Positions 15,591 to 30,737 of a DNA stretch of 64,000 bases are shown in pieces. The stretch lies in the NCBI RefSeq assembly GCF_009914755.1, contig NC_060941.1. One strand, written 5' to 3'. Numbering within the stretch: the first letter of the stretch is position 1; each line of letters begins with the position of its first letter. Under the pieces are notes generated by a model that was given only the letters and a program-made list of their open reading frames with translations, was not told the DNA's origin and made no database searches. A program made the position numbers and the translations under genes. This stretch comes from the human T2T-CHM13v2.0 reference genome, Homo sapiens.

Positions 15591-16262
15591 GGTGCAGCCT
15601 TTTTTTCAGAGATGCTGGGTTCTATTGCCCTGAGGCAGAGCCCTCAGCCTGTCCCCAGAGATCAGGACTGTGCGGTTGAGGGGCAGGGGAGGAAGCCTGG
15701 CTGCTTTCCTCCTAGCGGGAGCTGTGAGACGCTAGCCAAGAAGGGATCTTAGTAACACAGGGTGAGACATTCTGGGGAGGGGCCGCCTAATCTCCTCCCT
15801 CATCTTGGATCTGGGAAGGCTGCCCGGTTGAACCTGACTCTATTGTCCCAGGAGCGGAGGCTGGGCCAAGTCCTCCTCTTCTCCTCTCACCAGCCTCTTT
15901 TCCAGGTTTGGGGTGGGGGAGGTAAGCGCGGAGGAGGCTGCTGGTGACCAAAGGATGGAGTATCCAAGCCAGCCCCATGTTAGAGATGAGTGGCCTCAGA
16001 GGGCTTCCCTGGAGGGCCAGTGGCTGCTTGGCCTGGCCCTGCCTGGGGAACAGAGCCCTATGCCAGCTGACCTGTTGATCAGCCCCTGCTTGGTTTTCAA
16101 TTGAGTCTCTTTTTCTGGGCCCTCAATCCTGCTGCCAGGAACACTCCATCCCAGCCCAAGAGGGGCTCCAACCCCAGGGGTAGGCCCAGCCTCTGATCCT
16201 CCTGTGTGTGTGAGCAACAAGACACACGCACGCACACTTCACACCCTTCCTCTCTGCTCCAG

Positions 16263-16316
16263 AGTCACACTGGTGCTACGAGGTTCAAGCCGAGTCCTCC
16301 AACTACCCCTGCTTGG
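16263..16316 (+). CDS. CA4: CA4 exon 2 (ESHWCYEVQAESSNYPCL)
   Basis: ccag| acceptor, |gtgagt donor, 54 nt, phase preserved. Confidence 0.98.
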
Positions 16317-16445
16317 GTGAGTACAGCCAGTCCAGGGGACTGCTCTTTGTGCATGGTGGGCACCACGCAAGCCGAAATGGAGACCCCGGAAGAGTGGGAA
16401 GGGGAGGGGTGATGGTGGCTTCCCAGGCAGATATCAGTTCCCAGC

Positions 16446-16472
16446 ATACACACACACACACACACACACACA

Positions 16473-16506
<34 letters not shown>

Positions 16507-16655
16507 GATATACAAACACACACACTCACACAGAAACACACACACAACACACACACAAGCACACACTCAAACACTCACACTCACACATGCACACACACAC
16601 TCACACTCACACAAACCCACACTCACTCACACACACAAACACACACTCACACTCT
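16446..16655. repeat. Compound (CA)n(CT)n(CA)n microsatellite and degenerate CA tract in CA4 intron 2
   Basis: Read directly from the sequence. Confidence 0.95.
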
Positions 16656-17508
16656 CCTGTCCTGGTGCTCAGGGACCAGGGAGCATAGAGTGACCTGAGT
16701 CTTCACTGGCACCTGCTGTCATCGAGAGGGCATGTTCCCTGTGGAATAAATCGGTAGCAGCATTAAAGGAAGAAAGGCGTTTTGCTGTTTCCCATAATAA
16801 AACGGGGAGTTGTTTCTATCCCAGTGACACCCCTTGCAGGGTGCCTGAGTGATGGTCCTTTACGCTTTTATTTGAATGCTGACCAATTCGAATGCAAACC
16901 CTGCAGTCTGCTGTGTTTTGGTGACTGAGCAGTGCTGCCCGCTCCTGACCCTGGCCCACCTGGTGTTGGGGTCACCAGGGTTCGGGGAACCAGCTCCTCC
17001 AGGGTTACTCCTCTCCCTCCCATTCCTCAGATGATGCTCAGCGCCCTTCATCAGCAGCCCCCCCGGGGGTCCCACTCCACAGTTTCCAAAGCCCTCTCCA
17101 TCCGCCTCCTTTAAACTCTCTGACATCCCAGGGAAGCGGATTATCTCTGCAGTTCCCATTTTACATTTGGGAAACCCAGGGCTTGGAGAGGCCATGTGCA
17201 CCACCTCATGAAGTTGTCCCTACCCCGGAGCTCACAGTCAACAGTTGGCAACCCTGTTCCCACCCTGTTCCACACTGGGGCTAGACTCCCCAGCCTTGCA
17301 TGTATGTTTCTGTGGAGGAGGAGGAGGAGGGCCCAGGGAGGGCGAGAGTGGAGTTCGGAGCTGAGCATCCCTGCAGCACAGCCTTCAGGCCACCCCAAAG
17401 CGTTTCTGTGTGGGAACTGAGTGGGTGGGCCTGACTTCAGTGGGGTGGTGGGGGCTACACCTTGGTGCCAGGCACCCGACTCTCAGCCCACCTTCTCTCC
17501 CTGCTCAG

Positions 17509-17664
17509 TGCCAGTCAAGTGGGGTGGAAACTGCCAGAAGGACCGCCAGTCCCCCATCAACATCGTCACCACCAAGGCAAAGGTGGACAAAAAACTGGGA
17601 CGCTTCTTCTTCTCTGGCTACGATAAGAAGCAAACGTGGACTGTCCAAAATAACGGGCACTCAG
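17509..17664 (+). CDS. CA4: CA4 exon 3 ([19 protein letters not shown]...NNGHS)
   Basis: Alpha-CA QSPINI motif and proton-shuttle NNGHS; AG/GT boundaries; 156 nt. Confidence 0.99.
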
Positions 17665-18305
17665 GTGGGCTGGATGGAGGCCCCAGGCAGGCCTGGGCAC
17701 CCGAGTTCCCCAAGGACTGAGAGGATGGGGCTCCTCCCAGGAGGGTGTGCCAGACCCAGGCCCATCTGTGCTGTGAGGTGGCTGAAAATCCCATGGGGGA
17801 GGACAGCTTCCAGGAGGAGAGAGCACTCTAGTATGTTTTCGTTACTTTTGTCAGACCAGTCTGGGATGTGGGGGCAGGAAACGTTCCAGGAAGAAGGACA
17901 TGTGCAAAGGCGCGGAGGCATGGAACAGCTCGGCGTGTTCAGAGGACTGCCAGGAGCTCTGTGTGGAGGAAGGACAGACAGTGAAGCCAGGCAGAGCCCA
18001 AGCAAGGCCCAGGGGCAGCTGGGCTGGGGCCCAAGGGCAGATCACCCAGGCCTGAGGAGTTTGGACATTACCCCGAGGACACCAGGGCACCACAGAGGAG
18101 GTGGACGCAGAGGAGGCACCAGGACAGAGCTGCAGTTTGGGGCAGTGGAGGGTGCAGGAGAGGGGGAGGCAGGCAGGGAGACCAAGGAGGAGGCCAGGGA
18201 AAGGTCCGGGGCTGTCCCACCCTGTCCCACCCCGCGCCACCCCTGCAGGCCAGAACCAGAGCTCATGAAGGTTGGGAGGCAGGAGACAATGTCCCATCTG
18301 GGTGA

Positions 18306-18605
<300 letters not shown>

Positions 18606-18608
18606 TAG

Positions 18609-18776
<168 letters not shown>

Positions 18777-18793
18777 TGAGAGCTTCTTCTTAG

Positions 18794-19506
<713 letters not shown>

Positions 19507-19719
19507 TGAAGTCCGTTGTTAATCATCGACATTCACTGAAGACAGGCAAGAAAAGCCTGAGCTGTTCCATCACCAGATTGGGGGCTAGACAGGAGGCAGG
19601 GGAAGGTGGAGTCATTCAGAAAATGGTGCTGGGGTTTCTATCATGAACGAGGCTCTGGGGAGACAGCAGTGAGCCCAAAGGACCCAAATCCCTACCCTTG
19701 CACTGCTTTCATTCCAAAA

Positions 19720-19904
19720 CAGTGGTTCTCAAAGTGCGGCCCCTGGACCAGTGGAGTCAACATCATCACTGGGGGAATTTGTTAGAAATGCTAATCCTCA
19801 GAGCTACTGAATCAGGAACTCTGGGGGTGGAGCCCAGGCATCTGGGGCCCAACAAGCCCGCCCCCCAGCTGATGCTAACGCATGCTCAAGTTTGAGAGCC
19901 ACAG
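19720..19904 (+). mobile_element. MER5A hAT-Charlie MITE in CA4 intron 7
   Basis: Terminal inverted repeats cagtggttctcaaa / tttgagagccacag; internal ttgttagaaatgc and tactgaatcaggaactctgggggtgg. Confidence 0.85.
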
Positions 19905-20160
19905 TCCTGTAGTAAGAGTGACAAGAGAAGCAGGCATTGCGGGCCCCCTGGGGTGTGAGTGAAAGGAAGCCAATGGGCACTTAGCCTTCACCCATGCCAC
20001 GCACCTCATTTACATCCCCTATTCTTATCATCTTCACGACCACCTTGAGAGCCAGGGGTTCAGAGCCCCTCTTTCCTAATGAGGGCTCCCAGGACAGGAT
20101 GAGGTGCCTGCCTGAGGTCACACGGCAGGGAGTGCAGCTCCCCCTGCCCCGACCTGCTGA

Positions 20161-20373
<213 letters not shown>

Positions 20374-20466
20374 TGGCTCACTTCTGCACGCAGCCTCTCT
20401 GTTGCCTCAGCTCTCCAAGTTCCAGGCTTCCGGTCCTTAGCCTTCCCAGGTGGGACTTTAGGCATG

Positions 20467-20472
20467 ATTAAA
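20467..20472 (+). terminator. CA4: CA4 polyadenylation signal (ATTAAA variant)
   Basis: 94 nt after the stop and followed by the GT/T-rich gtgtgttttt. Confidence 0.8.
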
Positions 20473-20806
20473 ATATGGACATATTTTTGGAGAAACCTTT
20501 CTCAAGTGTGTTTTTAGCCTTCCACAACTACCCCACCCTGTCCCCCTCCACCCACCCCTGTTCCTCCTGTTCCAGGGCGGGGGCTTTAAGGCCAGGAGAT
20601 TTCTCCCAAGCAGGTACCACCAGGTGTCCCCACTCCCGTTCTATGTGAATTCCGTGTCTATACCCCACTCCCTTCTACCAGGACCTGGACCTTGGAGAGA
20701 TGCTGAAGGCATCTTGGAGCTTCATCACAGCGGAAGCTAGAGGAGTTCCAATCTGATCTCTTCATCATATAGAGGGGGAAACTGAGGCTGAGAAAGACAA
20801 GGTTGG

Positions 20807-21080
20807 GGCCGGGCATAGTGATTCACGCCTGTAATCCTGGCACGTTGCGAGGCAGAGGCACGTGAATCACTTGAGCCCTGGAGTTCAAGACCAGCCTAGG
20901 CAACATGGTGAAGCCCTGTCTCTATAAAAAATACAAAAATTAACCAGGTGTGGTGGTGCACACCTGTAGTCCCAGCTACTCAGGAGGTTGAGGCAGGAGG
21001 ATTGCTTGAACCCAGGAGGCGAAGGTTGCAGTGAGCTGAGATTGTGCCACTGCACTCCAGCCTGGGCAACAGAGCGAGAG
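20807..21080 (+). mobile_element. Alu lacking a poly(A) tail
   Basis: Alu body ends at agagcgaga. Confidence 0.93.
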
Positions 21081-21430
21081 AGAAGAGGCTGCTTGGCTGG
21101 CTGGAGGCCATATACTGAGGCTAGGGCAGAGCCGACTGCATGACGGCAGCCCCAGCCCTGTGCGTTCTCCCCTGTGCTAGGGGTGAAAGGGTGTCATGTG
21201 TGGGGATGGCCTAGGCAAGGTGGGCGAAAGGAAGTTCATTTGTTTGCTCAAAAATTTATTGAGCGTTTATGCTCTAGGCACTGGGGATATGGCAGAGAAT
21301 AAAAGACAAAAATGCCTGCCCTCCTGGAGTTCACAGTCTAGTGGAGAGACAGCCCATAAATGAAGCAGGCATGTTGTCTAATAGATCGGGAGGCAGTGAG
21401 TGCATGGGAGAAAGAGAATTCAGGGCAGGG

Positions 21431-21715
21431 GGCCGGGCGCAGTGGCTCATGCCTGTAATTCCAGCACTTTGGGAAGCCGAGGCGGGCAGATCACCTGAGG
21501 TCAGGGGTTTGAGACCAGCCTGGCCAACGTGGCGAAACACCGTCTTTACTAAAAATACAAAAATTAGCTGGGCATGGTGGCGGGTGCCGGTAATTCAGCT
21601 ATTCAGGAGGCTGAGGCAGGAGAATTGAGGCAGAGTTTGCAGTAAGCCAAGATTGAACCACTGCACTCCAACCTGGGTGACAGAGAGAGACTCTGTCTCA
21701 AAAAAAAAAAAAAAA
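21431..21715 (+). mobile_element. AluS with TSD
   Basis: agagaattcagggcaggg occurs on both sides. Confidence 0.95.
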
Positions 21716-22717
21716 GAGAGAATTCAGGGCAGGGAAGGTGGGAAGCCCTGGGGGAAGGGGCGGCTGGGAGGAGGCCAGAGATGGAGGCCTCTGGAGACTG
21801 CAAATGTTGAGGTGCGGCAGGGAGGGAGCCTTCCAGAGAAACAGCAGGGAGGAGTAGAGGGAGGGAGGGAGGGAGGAAGCAGGGGGAGGGGAGGCAGGAG
21901 AGTGAGGTGGAGGGCATTGGTTTGGAGCAGGGAGGGGAGCTATAGAGGTGAAGGCAGAACGCAGGGACAGTTCAGGGGCTGCCGCAGTGCCCAGGAGCTG
22001 ATCTGCTGATGGGTTAGCAGTGAGATATGAGGGAGAGCTCATGGGGGTGTCCAAGGGTGTGGGGCTTGGTCCCTTGGGACTTGTCAGGAAAGTCCCCACC
22101 ACCACGGTGATTACATCTCTAATGGGTTGTTTTCCCTCCTGTGGCCAGAGGGAAGTGGAGGGAGAGACTGGGAGGAGGCTGGTGAGAGGGGGTCCAGGAC
22201 ACCAGAATGAGAAGGAAAGAAGGGGACCCACGCGGTCCCCAAGCCAGGTCAGGCCCCAGGTGCCAGGAACTGAGGGCCCGCAGCTGTCAGACCTCATCAT
22301 CAGGAGTAGGACTGGATTTTGGAATTCGTGAGCCTTGGAGTGGGGTTGGCTGAGTGAATGGGGCACCCAGGTTTCCCTGGCTGGGTGAGGACCCCTTTGG
22401 CAGGCTGAGAGTCCGGAGGTAGAGAGCTTCCTCACAGGAAGGCGTGCCCACCAGGAGGGCACTGAGGGATTCCATCACCTGGTTCTAGAATCCCTCGCTG
22501 GCTGTGGGAGGGGAGCTGGTGGGAGAAGGTGGTCTCTAAGCCTTCTCTCACCCCGAGCCCCCCATGCCCCTGACCACCCCCAGTCAGCCCAGGGAGAGGA
22601 GAGACGGCTGCTCCCCTCCCTCCTCCCTTTCCCTCCGTCTTCCCTTTTGTAACCAAAAATAAGTCCCCCCTCCCTTCCCTGGTGACCACGCAGCTGTGGG
22701 GGAGGGGTGGTATTGCT

Positions 22718-22731
22718 GTTGCCATGGCAAC
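22718..22731. promoter_or_regulatory. Perfect palindromic RFX X-box
   Basis: GTTGCCATGGCAAC. Confidence 0.7.
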
Positions 22732-23494
22732 CGCAGGCCGCCTGTCAGCGGGGGGTGTGTGGACGCAGAACCTGGAACCTGTTCTTTGGTTCCCACACAG
22801 ACTGCAGGGGATCTAAGCTGCCCCCCAAAGGATCAGGGCTCTGAGGTCAGAATGGCCCCTCCCAGCTCCCCAATGGCACTGCATCCCCACCCCCATCCCT
22901 GCCCTCCAGGCAACCTTAGTGAATAATGTGGCAGCAGGACCAGGAAGTCCTGGCCTTTCCAACCTAAGGCAGAAGGTGTTCGACCCTCCCCATCCCCCTG
23001 GTCCCTAAATCATAAATCCGGCCAGCAGGAGCCAGAACGGGCACAGCTTGTCCAGGGCCTGGGGCTCTGGCCACCTCCCATGTCCTGCCTGCCCTCCCTG
23101 CGGCCCAGAGGCCACAGCAGGTGCTGCCAGCACTCAACTCCCAGCCAAGTCACCAGGGCCAGTCACAGCAGAAGTGGGCAGCTCACCCCGGGCACTGGCC
23201 CCCACCTCCCGAGGCCGCCACTGATGGCATTCCTTCCTGTGAACATGCGTGTGTTCATGACGAGCTTCCTGTTTTTAGTAAATTCACTCCCTCCATGCGG
23301 CCTCCACCACCCCCAGCAGACCCCCACCCTGGGGATGGTGGCTCTGAGTTCCCTGTGCCCAGTCTGGCCTGGCTTCTGAGACAGTTCCCTCTGAGGGCGA
23401 GGGAGGAGAACCCCCTTATTCACAAAGAGGGTCCAGCCTGGCCCCTGAGCCCTCCTTTCATTCATTTCTGAGGCCCCGTGGGTGACTGCATGGG

Positions 23495-23496
<2 letters not shown>

Positions 23497-23538
<42 letters not shown>
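23497..23538. repeat. (AC)21 microsatellite
   Basis: Read directly from the sequence. Confidence 0.97.
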
Positions 23539-23539
<1 letters not shown>

Positions 23540-24196
23540 AGCCTTCACTCCTTCACTGTAGCTGGCCAGGCCTGGGGAAGGCTCACAGGCTGATGGTTTT
23601 GCCTGCACCCTGACTTCTCTGAGGGTCACTGGCCGGCACTCAGCACAGCATAAAGCACATTCTGGGGTGCCCATCGTGTTCCAGGTGGGGGCCGTGCTGC
23701 AATCCCATTGGGGTGGTGTTATCCCTCCCACAGCACGGATAAGGAAGCCCCAAGGCACAGAGAGGGACGGGGCACTTGTCAGAACCTGGGGCCACTCCCC
23801 TGTGCCTCCTTGGCTCCCCTGGCCGGCTCTCTCCTTTGGCTGAGCCATCTGTGTCCAGGGGCAGGGTGGGGGCTGCAGCACCCCGTCCCACCCATCTCCG
23901 CTGGTTGCTCTCCATCCCCAGTGGGCCGCCTCTTTGGCCCCCTGTTTAGATTCAGCATCCGGGTGGGAGCCAGGGGCTAAAAATATTCCTCATGTGTTTA
24001 GATGGTTCTTGGAAAATAAACTTCCCCATCTTGGCTCTTGGTTTGCACACTTGCTGGCCCTGCTTCCTGTGGCTCTGATCTGACAATGTAGGGGTGGGGG
24101 AGGAAGGTGGGGCGGAGGAGGGTCTACAGGGGGCCCAGAGTCGTGGGGGCTGTGTGGACGTCTGCCCATGGTTCGTGCAGGCTGCCGTGTCTTAAA

Positions 24197-24211
24197 ACTC
24201 CAGGGGGCGCC
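24197..24211 (+). promoter_or_regulatory. Candidate CTCF motif
   Basis: ACTCCAGGGGGCGCC. Confidence 0.4.
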
Positions 24212-24798
24212 TATACCGACAGGGCCTTGTGAACGGTGCCCCCAGCGTGGTGCAACCCTGAGGCTCTGAGCTTGTGTGTGTGTTGGGGTGGGAAGAGGCA
24301 AGGAAGCTAGTGGCTCCATGGGCATGGAGGCATGCTCCCTGCTCTGGGCCTCAGTTCATCCATCTGCAGAAGGGGCTACCCTTGGTCCCCCCATCTAATT
24401 GGGCAAGGCTGTCCCGGGCTCCTGCTGTCCCCGGTGACCTCAGAAGGAAGGCCAGGCCTCTCTGAGGTTGGGGAACTGTTCCTGCACCTCGCACTACACA
24501 TGTCCTAGCCGCTCTGTTTGTTTATCTGAGAGGGACAAAGGCATTCTTTCCCCCAGGGACAAAGGACGATGTCCAAGGCCCAGGGAGGGGCTTCCTTTGG
24601 AGAAGAGCTGCGGGACAGAAGAGTCAGTTCCTTCCGCAGAGCCCTCGGCTGGACACGTGGGAGGCTCCTCAGGTTGTTCCAAGTGTCAGCTGCGGCAAGG
24701 CCTGGAGGACAGGAAGAGGGCAGCGGAGCAGGACACAGGGAAGGGATGTGGGTGCATTCTGGAACAAGATTTAATCTTCCATCAAGATTTAGTCTTTC

Positions 24799-25691
<893 letters not shown>

Positions 25692-26716
25692 TAGGGAGGA
25701 AAATCCTAGTCTGGGCTCTTCCTCCGAGACTCCCAACTGTAGGGCAGGCAGACACAGCAGGCACAGGAGCACCAGGTTTACGACACAGAAGCCAAGAGAG
25801 GAATGCAGAAACATCCGGGCATGCAGCCCAGACTCACACCGGCCTGGGGTGGAATCCCCCTCCATTGCTGACTCTCTAGGTGCCCTTGGTAGTTTAATTC
25901 ATTTTTCTGAGCCTCAGTTTCCTCATCTGTGAAATGGGGGTGATGACAGCATTTACCTCATGGGCTTGTTGTCAAGATGAAACAAGATGCCGGGACAAGA
26001 GGAGATATTCAATAATTTATAATTATTATGATGATTCTTTTTATTGGAGAGGGCAATGAAGGACAGGCAAGACCCACAGGTGGGGAGTAGGGAACACTGG
26101 GCGGAGGCTGGAATTATGCAGAGTGATGCATAATGAACTCTGATCTGTGGTTGGTGGCAGTTCTTTCCTATCCAAGGGAGAAAACTTAAGACCCTTCAAG
26201 GGGCCACCTCTCTGCCCAGACACTTAGGGACATCCCTCAGCACTCTGTCCCAACCGTACACAGAACAGTTTACAGAGGAAGATCTCCCAGCCTGACCTTC
26301 ACCTAGAATTGTCTAAGGTCACCCAGAGCATCAGAGGGAGAAAAGGGGGCCCTCTGAGCCCCAGGACTGCCCTGCAGTTCTTATGTCCTGCCTTAGGGGG
26401 TAGCAGGTGCAGAGTTCAGAGTCAGGCTGAGCCCACATCCCTGAAAGAAGGGGCTCTCGGCCAGGGCTCCTCCTGCTTTCTCACTGTGGGGATTGATCGG
26501 GTTGGGGACCAATTTCCCATTTCATTTTCCTCTAACGCTTCCTCTCCCCCTTCCCCAGGAGCCGTGGGATTACACACATGTCCATCTCTCTGCTTCTGGC
26601 TCTGTCCCTGGCTCTGCCTCCCACAAGCCTATCCTGTGTAGAGTTGCTGCAGGCTCCCCCAGCACAGGATGAGTGCCTGCCCCTGTCCCCACCCTTGGCT
26701 TCAGTTTTGTCTAGAT

Positions 26717-26912
26717 GGGTTCACCTAGACAAAATACAGGCTGCCCAGTTACATCTGAATGTCAGATAAATAACAAATCTCTTTTTTTTTTTTTTTAGTA
26801 TATCCCTAAATTACATGGGACATAGTTACACCAGAGCATTATTTGTTATTTACCTGAAATTTAAATTTAACTGGTTGTCTTGTACTTTTATTTACTAGGT
26901 CTGGTGACCCTA
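26717..26912. mobile_element. MER53 palindromic hAT MITE
   Basis: aaaatacaggctgcccagttacatctgaatgtcagataaataacaaat is mirrored by atttgttatttacctgaaatttaaatttaactggttgtcttgtacttt. Confidence 0.8.
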
Positions 26913-27171
26913 CCTCCATCCCACTTATAAGAGGAAGACTGAAGCCAAGAGAGAAGGGTGGGCAAGAGAAAGAGACTGACAGCCCAGGCCTGCTGCCACT
27001 CCTTCCTCCTCCCGGTCACCTCCCTCCCTAATGGGGCACACCTTCTAGTAACTGATAACAGACTGATCAAGGGGTTTTCCCTCCTGTGTGATTCTGGTGT
27101 TGGGCTTCCTGTGGGCAGGGCAGCTGGGAGGGCATTGGAGGCCCATCTGCCTGTAGATTTCCTCCTCGCTG

Positions 27172-27357
27172 ACTCAGCCTCCCAAGTAGCTGGGATTACA
27201 GGCACCTGCCACCATGCCGGGCTAACTTTCTGTATTTTTAGTAGACACGGGGTTTCGCCATTTAGCCAGGCTGGTCTTAAACTCCTGAGCTCAGGCAATC
27301 CTCTCTCCTCTGTCTCCTAAAGTGCTAGGATTACAGCCATGAACCACCATGCCCGTC
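27172..27357 (-). mobile_element. Alu truncated at its 3' end
   Basis: Begins abruptly at ctcagcctcccaagtagc with no tail. Confidence 0.9.
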
Positions 27358-27539
27358 TTGAATTTTTGACTGTGTGTCTTTAGGATAGATTTCTATAAGT
27401 GAAGTTTCTGGTTCAAAGGGTAAATGCCTATGTAAAATTGCTAGATATTGACACATTCCTCAAGAAACTAATTTCTATTGCATCTGGCAAAATTATTTGC
27501 TGTGCTTTATATAGCACTTAATCCTTAGAATAACAGTCA

Positions 27540-28165
<626 letters not shown>

Positions 28166-29005
28166 CTACATGGACGCTTACAGGGAAGCATGGGTGCAGA
28201 AATCGCCAGGCCAGTCAAGGACGCTGGGATGTGTGCTGACCCTAGCCCTGGAGCGCTCTCCCCCACCACTCCCCGCAGTCTTGCTTCCTCTTGTGAAGTC
28301 TACGTGCTAGCCAAGACCCAGCCTGTGAGGCCTGACCTGATCTCTGCTCCTTGTCTGCTCCCCCAGCAAGAGTCCCTGAGGAAAAGAATGGGGAATCACG
28401 TCTTAGTCATCAGAGCATCGAAGTGCCCAGGCCAAGGCTGGCCACAGAGAGGGAGGGCAGGTGGCAAATGTTTGCAGCACGAGTGAATAAAAGGAAAAAT
28501 GATAGCAAAGAATGGAACTACCAGGCACCATTCCAGGGCTGGGACTAAATATTTACCTTGCCCATTGGGCAAAGATAAGCCTGGTTTTCCAGGCTCTATT
28601 TATGCCAGCTTTCCTTCAGGGGCTGACACAGTCAACCTGGTATCATTACAGCTTGAACAGCGGTTTCCACATGTGGGATCTGGGTGTACAAGGTGCTTGA
28701 TTCTCAGATTCTGCTATTCCCTAGCTCCATGTGTCTTCCCAGTCCTTGAGCCCTAGGTGGCTTTGCACCTCCATTCTGCTGCCTGGTCTGTCCCCAGTCT
28801 CCATGAGGCTATTGAATCGGGGTTCATTCTACTCTAGATGAAGCTGTGTATCCTCGTTTAGCCCCTGAGGTCAAGCCACATCAGGAGCTGCTTACAACAT
28901 GACAGGACAGACTTGCCTGGGTCTACTGCCTCAGTGGCCTCCTGCGAGACACCTCTCTTAAGGGAATAGGGTTGGGTATGACAAGCTGGGTCCAAGTGAA
29001 GCTTC

Positions 29006-29037
29006 AGAGATGTAGAGATGTAGAGATGTAGAGATGT
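29006..29037. repeat. (AGAGATGT)4 tandem repeat
   Basis: Read directly from the sequence. Confidence 0.9.
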
Positions 29038-29124
29038 AGGGGAGGAGGGACTCTGAGTTCAGTGTGGCAACCACTCAGCCTCTGGGACTCACACCAGGGG
29101 CATAAGGAGAATGGAAGCCGCATG

Positions 29125-29546
29125 TGGAAAAGGGAAGGGTAATTTCTTTTTATTTTTTGGGGGGGCGTGGGGAAGGGTGATTTCTTTTTTTCGGGGGGGA
29201 GGAGGAGGTGGGGAAGGGTGATTTCTTTTTTTGGTGGGAGGAAGTGGGGAAGGGTGATTTCTTTTTATTTTTTGGGGGGGAGGTGAGGAAGGGTGATTTC
29301 TTTTTTTGGGGGGGGCAGGTGGGGAAGGGTGATTTCTTTTTTTGGGGGGGGCAGGTGGGGAAGGGTGATTTCTTTTTTTGTGGGGGGCAGGTGGGGAAGG
29401 GTGATTTCTTTTTTTGGGGGGGCAGGTGGGGAAGGGTGATTTCTTTTTTTGGGGGGGCAGGTGGGGAAGGGTGATTTTTTTGGGAGGGGGTGGGGAAGGG
29501 TGATTTCTTTTTTTTTTTTCGGTGGGGAGGTGGGGAAGGTGATTTT
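29125..29546. repeat. G-rich minisatellite, about 12 units of about 36 bp
   Basis: Unit GGTGGGGAAGGGTGATTTC(T)n(G)nCA. Confidence 0.96.
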
Positions 29547-29912
29547 GTGGAAATACGAACAGCTCTGCTTTGGGAAAGCCTTCGTGGAGTGTGAAGGGAG
29601 CAGTGAGCAACTCTGGCCCCTGGTGTCCTGCCTGGGAGGCAATGCCTAGAGGCAGTGGTCACGTTGGGTGAGGGGTGCCCAGAAGATCGGGTGGTCCCTC
29701 TCAGAGGACACCACGTGGCAGCTGAAAGGACTAGTTGAAGAGCACACTTGAGATACCCTCTGGAGGCTGCCATCAGTACTTTGAGGGAGAGTGGGTCTTT
29801 GCAGGGGGATAAAGGAGAACCAATGAAACCTGAGTCATTACAGCGAGTGACCTTTCACTGAGCCTGAGGCTGCTATAACCAGGAAAACACAGCCAGTGTG
29901 GAAGCAGATTCA

Positions 29913-30264
<352 letters not shown>

Positions 30265-30363
30265 CTACTGCTTGGAATTTGGTGATGCTTCAGGGAGTGG
30301 GGCCGGAGCTGGCCTATGCTCCAGACAGGCATAAACTATCAACGTAAACACAATTACACCTAA

Positions 30364-30737
<374 letters not shown>

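Noticed and set aside
29089-29773. Repetitive Pro/Lys-rich ORFs and a CRISPR-like repeat-spacer appearance
   Set aside because: These are translations of a minisatellite; the apparent spacers are homopolymer variants, there are no cas genes and the context is eukaryotic
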